From an uncultured delta proteobacterium (GTDB lineage: Bacteria > Desulfobacterota > Binatia > UBA9968): DNA of 64,000 nt. The notes under the pieces are model-generated. The model was given only the letters and a program-made list of their open reading frames with translations, was not told where the DNA came from and did not search any database. Each line of letters opens with the position of its first letter. Position 1 is the first letter of the stretch. The stretch covers positions 129,795 through 193,794 of the forward strand of contig CAVUZH010000015.1 in assembly GCA_963745835.1 (NCBI GenBank). The letters are read 5' to 3'. Positions 48,396 to 58,537 of the stretch are shown piece by piece. Position numbers and translations under genes: made by a program.

Positions 48396-48557
48396 GTAGT
48401 TTAAAAATGCCTGTCTGTAATTTGTGCGTCTTGAAGGCGTGTGATTCTCAATCCTCGTACTCCACTATATTATGTATATCCATTTTTTAATGTTGTCAAA
48501 GCAAGTCTAGCGTTGCGTGTCGGGGTCGGCTCCATGCGCCGGGGTAGCTTTATGTCC

Positions 48558-49946
48558 TCACAATGGAAGGCCCATCTTTCCGGGATTCATGATGTTATTG
48601 GGATCGAGCATCTTCTTAATGCTGCTCATGACTTCTAACCCATAACCGTGCTCTTTTGACATGAACGGCGCAAGTTTGACTCCCACACCATGAGTGTACT
48701 CCATGGAACCGCTCATGTCTTGTGCTAGCCCGAGCAGCTCATCGACCGTTTGTTGCAGCGCCATCTGCGCCTGATTTTCACCGTGATCTTCAATGCCGAG
48801 GCGCATTGAAAACAGCTCCGGCTGAATCCACAGGCCGCTCTCATGAAGGTCTATTCCGTGCTGCTCAATGATTACCATGGCCGCGCATCTGAACGCTAGC
48901 ACCTTTGAAGCGGGAAGCGCTACATGAATCCAGTCCCGATAAGTGCCATCTCGCCCGAGCTTGCGCCGCTGCGAGCGATTAGCCAAAAAGCGCCGCGCTA
49001 TAGCATGGCGATTGTGCCAGAACGTTTCCGCCTCAACTGTTGGTAAATGTTTGCCGCCGTTTCGCAACAAGACATCCGTAGCTAATCGGTCTTCCGCTGC
49101 AACGATCTCGACAGCTCCTTCGAAACCCAGATAAAGCACTGCTCCTTGCTCATTTTTTTCATCATCATCGCCAAAGTCCAGCAGCGCCGGCTGCAAGCCT
49201 GCGGCAAAGAGCTTTTGAATAGCGTCAAAACCCGATTCGAACGATTCGAAAAACAACGCCCGAAGGACACGCTTCTCCGGCTTCGGAAAGATCCTCAACG
49301 TCGCCTCTGTGACGATACCGAAGCAACCCTCTCCGCCGACCAACAGAAGACGCAGATCAGGTCCGGTCGAAGATCTGGGCACGGCCCGCTTACGCAAAAT
49401 TTCTCCATTGGCCATGACCGCTTCCAAGCCTAGAACCTGCTCGCCCATCGAACCATAAACGCCTGCTCTGTAACCGACGCTATTGGTCGAGATTGCGCCG
49501 CCTACAGTGGCAACCGGCAAGGTCCACGGATCATGGCCGAGAATGAAATTCTGCTCGTTCAATCGTTGCTCCAATGCCTCCAGCACGATTCCGGCCTGGA
49601 CTCGTGCAGAACGCGCTTCGATGTCGATTTCAAGAGTTTGGTTCATTCTTCGTAAATCGAGAACGATTCCAGGCTTAACTGATAGCGCAGCCCCCATGAG
49701 CCCTGAGCCGCCACCGTATGGGATAATGGGTATCTTCAGCTCATTGGCCAACAGAACTATTCGCCTAACTTCATCCACTGAACCCGGAAAAACTGCGCAG
49801 GCAGGCGAGTTGATATCGATCGATCTAAGCGGATGGACACGCCCTTCGCTCAAAGCATCCCACGATAAGATATTTAAACGTGTCGGATCGGTTGTAATCG
49901 ATTGAGCAGAGGTGATCGAGGCGAGCCTTTCTACTAGAGTCTTCAT
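48558..49946 (-). CDS. FAD-binding oxidoreductase (GlcD / D-lactate dehydrogenase-like, FAD_binding_4 family)
   Basis: IIPYGGGSGLMGAA in the FAD-binding domain. C-terminal HGVG…K…LDPNNIMNPGK is typical of FAD-linked oxidases. The start was trimmed to the ATG at 49946. Confidence 0.85.
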   Translation of the reverse strand: MKTLVERLASITSAQSITTDPTRLNILSWDALSEGRVHPLRSIDINSPACAVFPGSVDEVRRIVLLANELKIPIIPYGGGSGLMGAALSVKPGIVLDLRRMNQTLEIDIEARSARVQAGIVLEALEQRLNEQNFILGHDPWTLPVATVGGAISTNSVGYRAGVYGSMGEQVLGLEAVMANGEILRKRAVPRSSTGPDLRLLLVGGEGCFGIVTEATLRIFPKPEKRVLRALFFESFESGFDAIQKLFAAGLQPALLDFGDDDEKNEQGAVLYLGFEGAVEIVAAEDRLATDVLLRNGGKHLPTVEAETFWHNRHAIARRFLANRSQRRKLGRDGTYRDWIHVALPASKVLAFRCAAMVIIEQHGIDLHESGLWIQPELFSMRLGIEDHGENQAQMALQQTVDELLGLAQDMSGSMEYTHGVGVKLAPFMSKEHGYGLEVMSSIKKMLDPNNIMNPGKMGLPL

Positions 49947-50052
49947 CGTCTTAGCTGGGGTGAATATAGCCGGATCGATGATCCTGGGAAAGCTCCACAA
50001 ACCGGTCGACGAAATTGCCGGACCTCAGCCTAAGGGGGGATTCTATATTAAC

Positions 50053-50499
50053 CTAGTAAAGCGACCACAGGCCTTCGAATACGCACGTGTCTACATTTGA
50101 TGGGCAAATCGCAGCAGCGTGTTCAAGAGGGAACTTGTGAGTTCCACCCAGGTGATCGAGCAATCCGATGCGGCTGATAAACCCGGCCCCGTGCTCGAGA
50201 CAAAAAAAGGACGCATTCACAACGGCTGGCGCGGGCACGAAATAGTAGGGCGAATAGTAGTAGGTTGGCGACGGCACGACAATGATGCGCGACGGGCGGC
50301 GACGCTGAAAACCCGGGATACGCTGATGCGTATCTCTCTCGCTAGAATCGTTTCTTCGGTTCGAGCTAGCAACGCCTTGCGCCTGCCGTGAGACGTGAGA
50401 ATCGAAACGGCTCAATCCCCGCGCGCCCGAGGCGATCGCCCACGGGGCAGAACCCGCCAAGGACGCAACAATTAAAAAAACTATGCTGACTCTAACCAT
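50053..50499 (-). CDS. hypothetical exported protein
   Basis: Signal-peptide-like N-terminus MVRVSIVFLIVASLAGSAPWAIA. No family recognised. Confidence 0.4.
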   Translation of the reverse strand: MVRVSIVFLIVASLAGSAPWAIASGARGLSRFDSHVSRQAQGVASSNRRNDSSERDTHQRIPGFQRRRPSRIIVVPSPTYYYSPYYFVPAPAVVNASFFCLEHGAGFISRIGLLDHLGGTHKFPLEHAAAICPSNVDTCVFEGLWSLY

Positions 50500-50679
50500 C
50501 GTGGACGCGCCAAAGAAGAGCATGAGACCATTGTAACAAACCTCAAGCGGATTTCATCCCTGCCTGAATGGGGCTAGACGATCTTCTTTATCGCTTTCGA
50601 ACGAACGCGCGGGAGACAAGCTTTTGCCGCGAAGCATTGAACATCATAGCCGCTGCAGATAAGGTCACCGTTTAATTTC

Positions 50680-51546
50680 ATGTTAGCAATTCTTTTAGCC
50701 TTGTTCGGCTCATTCTGGTTTGCCGTTTCCATGATCTTTATCAATCGCGGCATCCTGGCAGTAGATTATTTCAAAGGACTGCTCGCTAATCTCGGCGTGA
50801 ACGCCCTATGTCTCTGCATTTACCTGTCATTCTCCTCCGATCGGATCGATCTCTGGGCTCCTGCGAATCTCATATTCGTGATTATCGGAATTTTCGTGCC
50901 GGGCGTAGCGCGTTTCTTTATCTTCAAAGGGATGGAGCGGCTCGGCGCGCCCATTTCCGCATGCCTCACAAACAGCACACCTTTGTTTGCCATCGCCTTT
51001 GCCGTCTTCTTTCTTGGCGAGCGCCCGACGGTTACCAACCTGCTGGGCGCCTTTTCTATCGTTGCAGGAATTGTTTCCCTCTCCTGGCGCGGCACCGCCA
51101 AAACGTGGCGCACTGCCGACCTAATTTTTCCATTAGCGGCGGCTTTTCTTTTTGCCGGAAGGGACAACCTCGTCCGCGTTGGCGTTCTCCAGATTGGTTC
51201 GCCAATCACGGCGGCGGCGATTGCGTCCGTGGTGTCGCTGGTGACCATGGCGCTGTTCTACGCGATTCTCGCCGAGCACAAACCGCTGGGCGCACTTGGG
51301 CGGCGCGGCCTCGGTCTCTTTGCTGTCTCGGGCTTCATGAATTTCCTGTCATATGTTTTCATCTATACCGCGCTCAGCATGGAACGAGTATCGCTCATCT
51401 CGCCACTGGTAAACGCCTCGTCGCTGTTCGTCCTGCCTCTCTCATTAATTTTTCTCAAAGATGTCGAGAAGCTGACCGCGCGCAAGATCGGCGCGACCAC
51501 GCTGGTCATAATGGGAGTGTTGCTGATTTCCTGGGAGAAACTCTAA
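50680..51546 (+). CDS. EamA/DMT-family transporter
   Basis: 288 aa, about 10 TM helices in two EamA repeats, each ending in a G…I..GV.L-type block (LGAFSIVAGIVSL; TTLVIMGVLLISW). Confidence 0.85.
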   Translation: MLAILLALFGSFWFAVSMIFINRGILAVDYFKGLLANLGVNALCLCIYLSFSSDRIDLWAPANLIFVIIGIFVPGVARFFIFKGMERLGAPISACLTNSTPLFAIAFAVFFLGERPTVTNLLGAFSIVAGIVSLSWRGTAKTWRTADLIFPLAAAFLFAGRDNLVRVGVLQIGSPITAAAIASVVSLVTMALFYAILAEHKPLGALGRRGLGLFAVSGFMNFLSYVFIYTALSMERVSLISPLVNASSLFVLPLSLIFLKDVEKLTARKIGATTLVIMGVLLISWEKL

Positions 51547-51694
51547 AGGGGCGCCGTCTGGCTCGTGTCACGCCGAGTGTTACGCCGCAGCGAGCAATGT
51601 CACTGGCCGGTTGCAATTACAACGGTGCTCATTGCCTGCAGGAGCGGGTTTAGCGGATTTATAGATGACCGCCGCTCCCATAGAATGCTGCCAA

Positions 51695-53044
51695 TTATGA
51701 ATGAGGGTTTTCGGACACGGCGGCTACGCTGCCTTGCAGCAAAGCTAATTTCCTATCACGCATCGCCAGAAATTCCCGCAACTCCGATCCGGTGAGCCGG
51801 TCCGCCGACGCGAGCTTCAGATCGAGGAAATTTATTTTCCGGCCTTTCTTTAGCATTTCAAAATGCAGGTGCGGACCGGTAGCATGCCCGGTCTGACCGA
51901 CATATCCAACCACTTCACCGCGATTGACCGGCCTGCCGACTCGAATGCCTTGGGGAATTTTCGAGAAATGTGCATAGCGGGAGACATATCCGTCGTCGTG
52001 GCGAATCTCGACCATCCGCCCATAACCGCCCCGAGTCCCCGAAAACGTCACTTGCCCATCGCCAACCGCAACTACAGGTGTGCCAGTGGGGGCGGCATAA
52101 TCGATTGCTTGGTGGGGACGTACGGTGCGAAAGATCGGATGCCTTCTATCGATCCGGAAAGGCGACGAGATCCGCCGATAATTTAGCGGCGCTCGCAGAA
52201 ATGCTTTCATCAAAGCCTGGCCGCGGTTGTCGTAATAGGAACCTTTCTGTTTTCTGCCTTGATAATAAAAAATCTGGTACGGCGATCCGGCAGCATGAAT
52301 CTCTGCGGCGAGAAGTTTCCCCTTCTCGCGTTGACCGTTGGCATACTGCTTTTCTTCGAAAATCACTGAAAAATCGTCACCGCGTCGGAGGTCCGAGTAA
52401 AAATCGATATCGTATTCGAATAAGTTGACTAACTTGTGGATCTCCGGCGGCGAAAGTCCCGCGTCCACTCCGTCCTCGAACAGACTGCCGCGTATGTTGC
52501 CGCGAATAACTTTGCTTCCACGTACGAATGGAACTTCCTCTCGGGTGGCAACCCAACCTTTCTCAGTCGACATGACGCGAACAATCGTGCCATCAGCGGA
52601 ATACTCCAGCCCCTGAATTCCATTATGGTGGTCGAGCAGCAAACGAAAAGTGTCGCCCGCTCGCATTTTTCTGGGATTAGAGAAAGGTTGCAGCTGCTTA
52701 GCCAACTCATCGGCTGAAGCGGGTGTCAGGCCGTGTTTGATCAACGCGCCCTGCAAGGTATCGCCGCGGCGGAGCGCCAGATCGAACGTTTTGGGTGATG
52801 ACTCGGTTGCGCTTTCTTCGTCGAGCGGACGATAAAGAGGATCCGGCTGGTTGCCGGTTTGCAATGACCTGACAAGCGCAATAGGCTCTTCGTCTTTCGA
52901 CGATTCCAGCGCCGGTGCGGACAGCAGAAGGTATACGGTTGCGAGCGCGCCGAGCAACACAGCCATGGCTGCCGACCGGCGCCTCTCCTCCGGCGGATAA
53001 AGCCGGTCGAACAGATTACGAAAATGACTCTTGGTTCTCTTCAT
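51695..53044 (-). CDS. M23-family peptidoglycan endopeptidase (MepM-like)
   Basis: N-terminal TM helix, an OapA/LysM-like segment (GDTLQGALIKHGL) and the M23 catalytic blocks HQAIDYAAP.GTPV…GYG…I.H…Y.S.YAH… and GQTGHATGPHLHFE. Confidence 0.9.
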   Translation of the reverse strand: MKRTKSHFRNLFDRLYPPEERRRSAAMAVLLGALATVYLLLSAPALESSKDEEPIALVRSLQTGNQPDPLYRPLDEESATESSPKTFDLALRRGDTLQGALIKHGLTPASADELAKQLQPFSNPRKMRAGDTFRLLLDHHNGIQGLEYSADGTIVRVMSTEKGWVATREEVPFVRGSKVIRGNIRGSLFEDGVDAGLSPPEIHKLVNLFEYDIDFYSDLRRGDDFSVIFEEKQYANGQREKGKLLAAEIHAAGSPYQIFYYQGRKQKGSYYDNRGQALMKAFLRAPLNYRRISSPFRIDRRHPIFRTVRPHQAIDYAAPTGTPVVAVGDGQVTFSGTRGGYGRMVEIRHDDGYVSRYAHFSKIPQGIRVGRPVNRGEVVGYVGQTGHATGPHLHFEMLKKGRKINFLDLKLASADRLTGSELREFLAMRDRKLALLQGSVAAVSENPHS

Positions 53045-53139
53045 GCGGTTTGACTCGCGGAAAATAATTTCCTTTTTCTACAACATCTTGATCAATTATC
53101 AAAACCGAAAGCAATATTTTTCCTAGTGAGCCGTTAACA

Positions 53140-53910
53140 CTAATGCAAAGTCGGTTTTGAATCATCGTCCTTACCGCCTTCCAGGACACGAAAGCGTCGT
53201 TTCATTCGGGCCAATCGTCGCTGCGCCAAGTAAAGCTTGAAACCATCGAAAGGACTCCCACCACGGAGATAGAAATAACCGAACAGCATGCCGCCCAAAT
53301 GCGCGATATGGGCGATGCCGCTCTGCCCAGAGGCGATTGACGAATAAAGCGCAATTGCTCCGATGATCCAAACGAAATGTTTCATCTTGATCGGAAAAAG
53401 GAAATAAAAGTAGATGATCTGGTTCGGATAAATCAGGCCGTAGGCGAGCAAAATCCCATAGACTCCTGCCGAAGCGCCGATGCTGGGAACCATTTGATGT
53501 GGAGCTAACAGCGTATTGAGAATGCCGCCGCCTACCGCAGAAACGAAATAATATTTCAGAAAAAAACTGCTGCCCCAACGGCGTTCCAAATCGCAACCAA
53601 ACATCCACAGCGCCAGCATATTGAGCAGAAGATGAAACAGGCCGCCGTGTAAAAATTGATACGTGAAGACTTGCCAGAGATAGAGATCTTGCCAGACGAA
53701 CTGCGGCACCAATCCGAAGAAATACACCACACGATAGTCGAGGAACGTCTGAAGAACGAAAACCGAAATGTTGGCGATTAGCAAGAATTTGACGGCCGGC
53801 GTAACCGCTCCGCCGCCGAAGTTTGCGTATCTAGCTTGGTATTGCACGTCTAGGTAGCTTAACTTCTGATCGGCGAAATTGGAAGGCAGCGCGCTCCCAG
53901 GTTCGGTCAA
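53140..53910 (-). CDS. rhomboid-family intramembrane serine protease
   Basis: Six TM helices with HLLLNM, catalytic GASAGVYG and AH.GG..FG. TTG start. Confidence 0.88.
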   Translation of the reverse strand: MTEPGSALPSNFADQKLSYLDVQYQARYANFGGGAVTPAVKFLLIANISVFVLQTFLDYRVVYFFGLVPQFVWQDLYLWQVFTYQFLHGGLFHLLLNMLALWMFGCDLERRWGSSFFLKYYFVSAVGGGILNTLLAPHQMVPSIGASAGVYGILLAYGLIYPNQIIYFYFLFPIKMKHFVWIIGAIALYSSIASGQSGIAHIAHLGGMLFGYFYLRGGSPFDGFKLYLAQRRLARMKRRFRVLEGGKDDDSKPTLH

Positions 53911-54112
53911 ATGGACGAAAAATGCAGTCGATCATCGAGCCCGCCGTCACCATCACCGTTGAGCGCGCGCATACGGAGAATCAATCAGCAGTGCGAGACA
54001 GGTAGGATTGCCCTGCGGCGAAACAATCCCTGCATCACGCTTTTATCAGCACATTACTTGACAGCTCTTCAACGCTGCACTATCTCTCGAAAAACAAGAG
54101 AGAGGATTCGAC

Positions 54113-55306
54113 ATGAGCATAAGAGGAAAAACGGCAGTCGTGGGAATCGGCGAAACGCCGACAGACCGACTCGGTAGCAAGCCCGGCGAATCTCGTAAAT
54201 CCACGGCCGAGTACTTGGCATGGGCGGCGCGCCTGGCGATGGCAGACGCAGGACTAACCAAGAAAGATTTCGACGGTCAAGGATTAGCGGCTATTTATAC
54301 CACCAATCATTCACAGCCCTTTTGGCCGGAAGAAGTAGCGGCCATTCTCGGTATTACGCCGGGCGTTTCTCTGGCGGGCGGCAATGGGGGTGCCAGCTCG
54401 GTGTCGCTGTTGGGCCATGCGGCTGCTGCGATCGTCGCCGGACTTTGCGATCTCGTGTTGGTGATCGCTGCGGCGGCGCCATTTTCGGAGCGCGGCGCTC
54501 ATCGCGGCGCTCCCGCTGATACCCGCGATTATGAAATGCCGTTCGGCGTCATGGGACCCAACTGCAAAATTTCTTTCGTGATGAGCCGATATATGCATGA
54601 ATCGGGCATGACCGAAGATCACTTCGGCAAAATCGCTGTCACTGGGCGTTATCATGCCTCACTCAACCCCAACGCTTACTTGCGCAAGCCGATCACTATC
54701 GAAGATTATAAAAAATCGCGGCTGATCTCGGATCCGATTCGTCTGTTCGATTGCGTTATGCCCGCCAATGGCGGCAAAGCATACATTATGACCTCGGCCG
54801 AACGCGCCAGGAGCATGCTTAAGCCGCCGGTCTATCTGCTCGGCTGGGGCGAATGCAACAATTCCAGCTATGGACCACGTTATCGCGCAAACCCGCTCAT
54901 CACCGGGATCGAACAGGCAGGCAAGCGCGCCTTCGCAATGTCGGGCGTGACACACGACGACATCCGCTGTTTGAATCTGTACGACGACTACATTCCGATT
55001 GTCATGATTCAGATTGAAGATCTCGGTTTTTGCGGCAAGAACGATAAAGCTTTTTTCGAGAAAACCGACTTTACGTTCAAAGGCGATCTGCCCATTCAGA
55101 CCAGCGGCGGCATGATCAATTGCGGCCAACCCTCGACCACCGGTGGCATGTTGCACGTCATCGAGACCGTCCGGCAGATTCGCGGTGAAGGCGGAGATCG
55201 CCAGGTCCCGAACATCAAATTCGGGATCAGCAGCGGCGTCGGCGCGGTCAATTACGGCAAGAACTTTGGCTGCACCGCGGCGGCCATTTTGGGAAGCGAA
55301 GTTTAA
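54113..55306 (+). CDS. thiolase-like protein (SCP-x / DUF35-partner type)
   Basis: 397 aa. N-terminal AVVGIGETP and a C-terminal thiolase domain (GGMINCGQPSTTGG.LHVIETVRQIRGE). Paired with the OB-fold DUF35 gene downstream. Confidence 0.82.
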   Translation: MSIRGKTAVVGIGETPTDRLGSKPGESRKSTAEYLAWAARLAMADAGLTKKDFDGQGLAAIYTTNHSQPFWPEEVAAILGITPGVSLAGGNGGASSVSLLGHAAAAIVAGLCDLVLVIAAAAPFSERGAHRGAPADTRDYEMPFGVMGPNCKISFVMSRYMHESGMTEDHFGKIAVTGRYHASLNPNAYLRKPITIEDYKKSRLISDPIRLFDCVMPANGGKAYIMTSAERARSMLKPPVYLLGWGECNNSSYGPRYRANPLITGIEQAGKRAFAMSGVTHDDIRCLNLYDDYIPIVMIQIEDLGFCGKNDKAFFEKTDFTFKGDLPIQTSGGMINCGQPSTTGGMLHVIETVRQIRGEGGDRQVPNIKFGISSGVGAVNYGKNFGCTAAAILGSEV

Positions 55307-55318
55307 AGGGCACAAGCA

Positions 55319-55443
55319 CGAAATACGAATTCCAAAATCGAAACAATTTCAAATGATCAAAATAAGAAAACTTGCGAACTGACCTGTTTCAAATTCTATT
55401 TGCAATTTTCCTAGTTTGTTTCGGGTTTCGGATTTCGAATTTT
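55319..55443. repeat. imperfect long inverted repeat in the AT-rich thiolase-DUF35 spacer
   Basis: Left arm CGAAATACGAATTCCAAAATCGAAACAA (55319-55346). Right arm TTGTTTCGGGTTTCGGATTTCGAATTTT (55416-55443). The terminal 8 bp are perfect and the remainder pairs with bulges. Confidence 0.5.
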
Positions 55444-55482
55444 ACTATTGATCGCTGACGATTCGAAAGGTGAGAGTTTGAT

Positions 55483-55914
55483 ATGACGGATGAGAATAGC
55501 GTAATCAAAAAGCCAATTCCCGAGATTACACCGGTAAATCAACAGTTCTGGGACAGCACCAAAGCCGGCAAATTGATGATTCAGAAATGCCAAGACTGCG
55601 GCACCTGGGTGTTTTGCCCTCGACCCGTTTGTGGCGATTGCGCCAGCGACAAACTCCAGTGGGTAGAAGTCAGCGGCAAAGGCAAAATATTTTCCTTCAC
55701 CGTGATACGAGAAGTTGTCGGTCAGGCGCTGCGCGGCTTTGCTCCGGACATTCCCTACGTCACCGCCTGGATCGATCTCGATGAAGGACCGCGCTTCTGC
55801 AGCAATATCGTCGGCTGTCCAATTGAGAAAGTTCATATCGATATGCCGGTACAAGTTGTTTTCGAAGACAGCGGCCAAGGTGTGACACTGCCGAAGTTCA
55901 GGCCAGCAGATTGA
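55483..55914 (+). CDS. Zn-ribbon / OB-fold protein (DUF35 family)
   Basis: FW….GKL.IQKC..CG….PRP.C..C and then the OB-fold V.VSGKGKIFSFTVI. Confidence 0.88.
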   Translation: MTDENSVIKKPIPEITPVNQQFWDSTKAGKLMIQKCQDCGTWVFCPRPVCGDCASDKLQWVEVSGKGKIFSFTVIREVVGQALRGFAPDIPYVTAWIDLDEGPRFCSNIVGCPIEKVHIDMPVQVVFEDSGQGVTLPKFRPAD

Positions 55915-55975
55915 GACAAATCGTTGGATGCGTTGACAACAGCATCATCGACTTTGCGTGGAAACCAGCGCCCGG

Positions 55976-56821
55976 CTATCGCACCGTAATGAAGCCGATT
56001 CCGGCAACTAAAAGCACTACGCCGATCAGCACCATGGCAGTGATTTTTCTCCGCCGCGCAAGAACAGCGCGGTGAAAGCTATGGCGAATAACGGGTGGTA
56101 TTGATGAGCGGCGCGACCCCGAGATTTGACCGCCGTTGAGCGCGATAAACGTGCACAACTGGCCGATCAGCGCGAAGACTGCGGCGCCGCCATAGAACGG
56201 CAGGCGCTTTGGCGATCGATCTTTATCGACTGTTTTTTTCCAGAGAACAGCAGGGAGCCAAGCAGGCATACCAGCGACGTCGCTGTCGTAATGGTAGAGG
56301 CAATGACCGGTTCATTGGACTGTTAAGCCCGGCTTTGCGGATCTTCTGCGATACCGACGCCAGCATGGCAGCGCCCAGGGAAAACAAAAGATCGATGGCG
56401 CGCCACTGGGCTTCTCCAACCCGTTTGTATGACACCAACCATGTGCCGGCGATAGTTAGAAGGCCGCCCACATAAACGATCAGCTCCGGTCGTTCTCGAA
56501 ACAGGAAAAAGGCGATCGCCACCGAAAAAAAAGGCGAAGTTCCCCGGATCGGTCCGGAGCGCGAAATGCCAAGCCGGACGATGCCGACGTAAAACATCAC
56601 CCGCACGGTGGCCGGCTGGATGATCCCGCTCAGGACGAAGAATAGGTTAGCGGACTGAAAAATTTCTCCGCCGGATACTGATATATAATGTAGGGGACCA
56701 GAACCGCTGGGTTGACGGAGAAGCTGATCAGCGCGGCCGTTGACGGGTTCGAAAAGGCAGTGCCTTTGCGCACAAGAATAGAATCCGCCGCCCACGCGAT
56801 CGCCCAAATCTCGCTACTCAC
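55976..56821 (-). pseudogene. EamA/DMT-family transporter, multiply frameshifted
   Basis: EamA-like hydrophobic segments appear successively in all three frames (…WAIAWAADSILVRKG…; …FFVLSGIIQPATVRVMFYVG…LLTIAGTWLVS…; …FALIGQLCTFIALNGGQIS…; …PLFAIAFTALFLRGGEK…ITAMVLIGVVLLVAGIGFI). At least four frame switches in about 850 nt. Confidence 0.68.
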
Positions 56822-57010
56822 CTAAATTTAAACTTTCATAGTGTTGGGTTTAGCACAGTCCATTCCGATAGAGTAGAAGAACGGCTTTGAGATAGCATGC
56901 AAATCAACGAACTGTTTTCGTGCGAAGTACGGATTGGGCATAATCAACTAGCAACGTGAATTCGACGGAAAAATCACGGACCTCGAGCAGACAGACAAAT
57001 AGCTTTAACC

Positions 57011-57045
57011 AAAAAAAAGCCTGGCTGAGGAGTTCCCAGCCGGGC
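57011..57045 (-). terminator. rho-independent terminator (minus strand) downstream of wecB
   Basis: GCCCGGCTG…CAGCCAGGC hairpin (9-bp stem with one mismatch) followed by 8 U on the minus strand. Confidence 0.7.
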
Positions 57046-57232
57046 TTTAAAGAAGCAGCAGATAGATTTTGTTTAGAGGAGATTATTAGTCAAAGATCGC
57101 TTGTTTCTTGAGCCGCTGACGTCCAAACTCGCGTTCATCGAAGATGAGATCGTTACGGTCTGGCGTTCCTCTGCGAACAGCACAAGCCGGTAGCTTCCTG
57201 ATGACTCTGAGATCTGCTGTGTTGGATAAAGG

Positions 57233-58537
57233 TCATAATCTTGATGAAAATCGGCCAGGATGCGAACTTCGCGCCGCGGCGCTGTGACTTCGCTCTTGCC
57301 GGTCGCCCTCTACTCCCGAATCAGGAGCAGCTATTGAGCGGCTAGAACAAAAATCATCGAATAATACCTTGATGATTCGATTGGCGGCCTTGCCATCCCA
57401 ATAGCGGGGAGAGCGGTTCACTGTATTTCTTTTCCGACGCGCTCGGTTAAATTCTCTGATAATCTTTTCCGGATTCGATCCCGCCAAGACGTTAGTGCCT
57501 TGCTTGAGCGTAATTGGTCTTTCGGTGGTATCCTCGAGTGTAATGCATGGGACGCCCAGCATAGTTGTTTCGTCTTGGATTCCTCCCGAGTCTGTGAATA
57601 CAACTCTCGCCTCAGACATCAGACGAATAAAATCCACATAGCCAAGCTGCGGAATCAGCCGGAGTCGCATCCGCCCATCCCATGGCTCTGGATTGCAAAT
57701 AAAATGATCGACAGGATAATCACTCAGGTATTTATCCTGAAACCACTCAAACATCTCGGGATGCACCGGAAATAAAATCGGCATGCGCTTCGAGATCTGG
57801 ATAAAAGTATTGAGTATCGGAGACAGAATCCGGTTATCCCGGATGTTAGCAGGTTTGTGCAGGGTTAAAATTCCATAAGGTCTCACCCTCTCTCCATCGG
57901 CCAATTGCATGTCCTGCAAAATCGACGATTCCTCAGCCATGGGTCGATGTCGCATGAACGTATCGATCAAACACGTTGCCGACGAAAAACACCTTTGCAT
58001 TCGGCACCCCCTGATGGAGCAAATTGTGACTGGCGTTTTTCTCAGTAGTAAAGAGATAGTCGGAAATGGGATTAGTGACGACGCGGTTAATCTCTTCAGG
58101 TGTGCTTCGGTCGAAACTCCTCAATCCCGCTTCAATATGCGCAAGCTTCGGAATAAGGTCTTCTTTGTGATTGCCCCGATACCGGATTTTCTTTGTCAGT
58201 AGCGAACAGGCGACCGTCAGATCCCAGTCACCCACCACCAGCACCACGTCCGGTCGCTCCCGCAATATCACCGGTTCTAACTGCTCGGTCATTTCAAGGG
58301 TGTTGAGCGAGTGCGAGGCCGAACCAATTTCCAAATAAAGGTCTAGTTTAGGAAAATCTATGTCATTGAAATACCAATCAGAGCTGTTGCTATCAGAATT
58401 TTGCCGGATATGGACCAAGACGTGCTGAATTGCTGTCGGACGGCACGAGCATTGAAAGCGTTAATAGCATCGCTGATGGCGGCGAGCTTCATCATACTTG
58501 GCCTTGCTCCAGCCACGGATAAAATTTTAAGCGCCAT
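57233..58537 (-). pseudogene. wecB: UDP-N-acetylglucosamine 2-epimerase (non-hydrolysing), two frame disruptions
   Basis: GGAGG-ATG at 58537 gives MALKILSVAGARPSMMKLAAIS. Frame switch near 58425-58445 to …VLVHIRQN…PDVVLVVGD…HIEAGLRSFDRSTPEEINR…. Switch at the T run 57969-57971 (VGNV|LIDTF) to …ILTLHKPAN…VFTDSGGIQDETT.LGVPCITL…. Confidence 0.8.

Noticed and set aside
50808-51653. 281-aa plus-strand ORF overlapping the EamA gene in another frame
   Set aside because: The EamA frame gives ten regular TM helices. The alternative frame is Arg-rich and featureless.
57061-57232. Possible small ORF ending …NDLIFDEREFGRQRLKKQAIFD just before the terminator
   Set aside because: It needs a frameshift to connect to any start, no family was recognised, and it may be the degraded tail of the wecB-downstream region.
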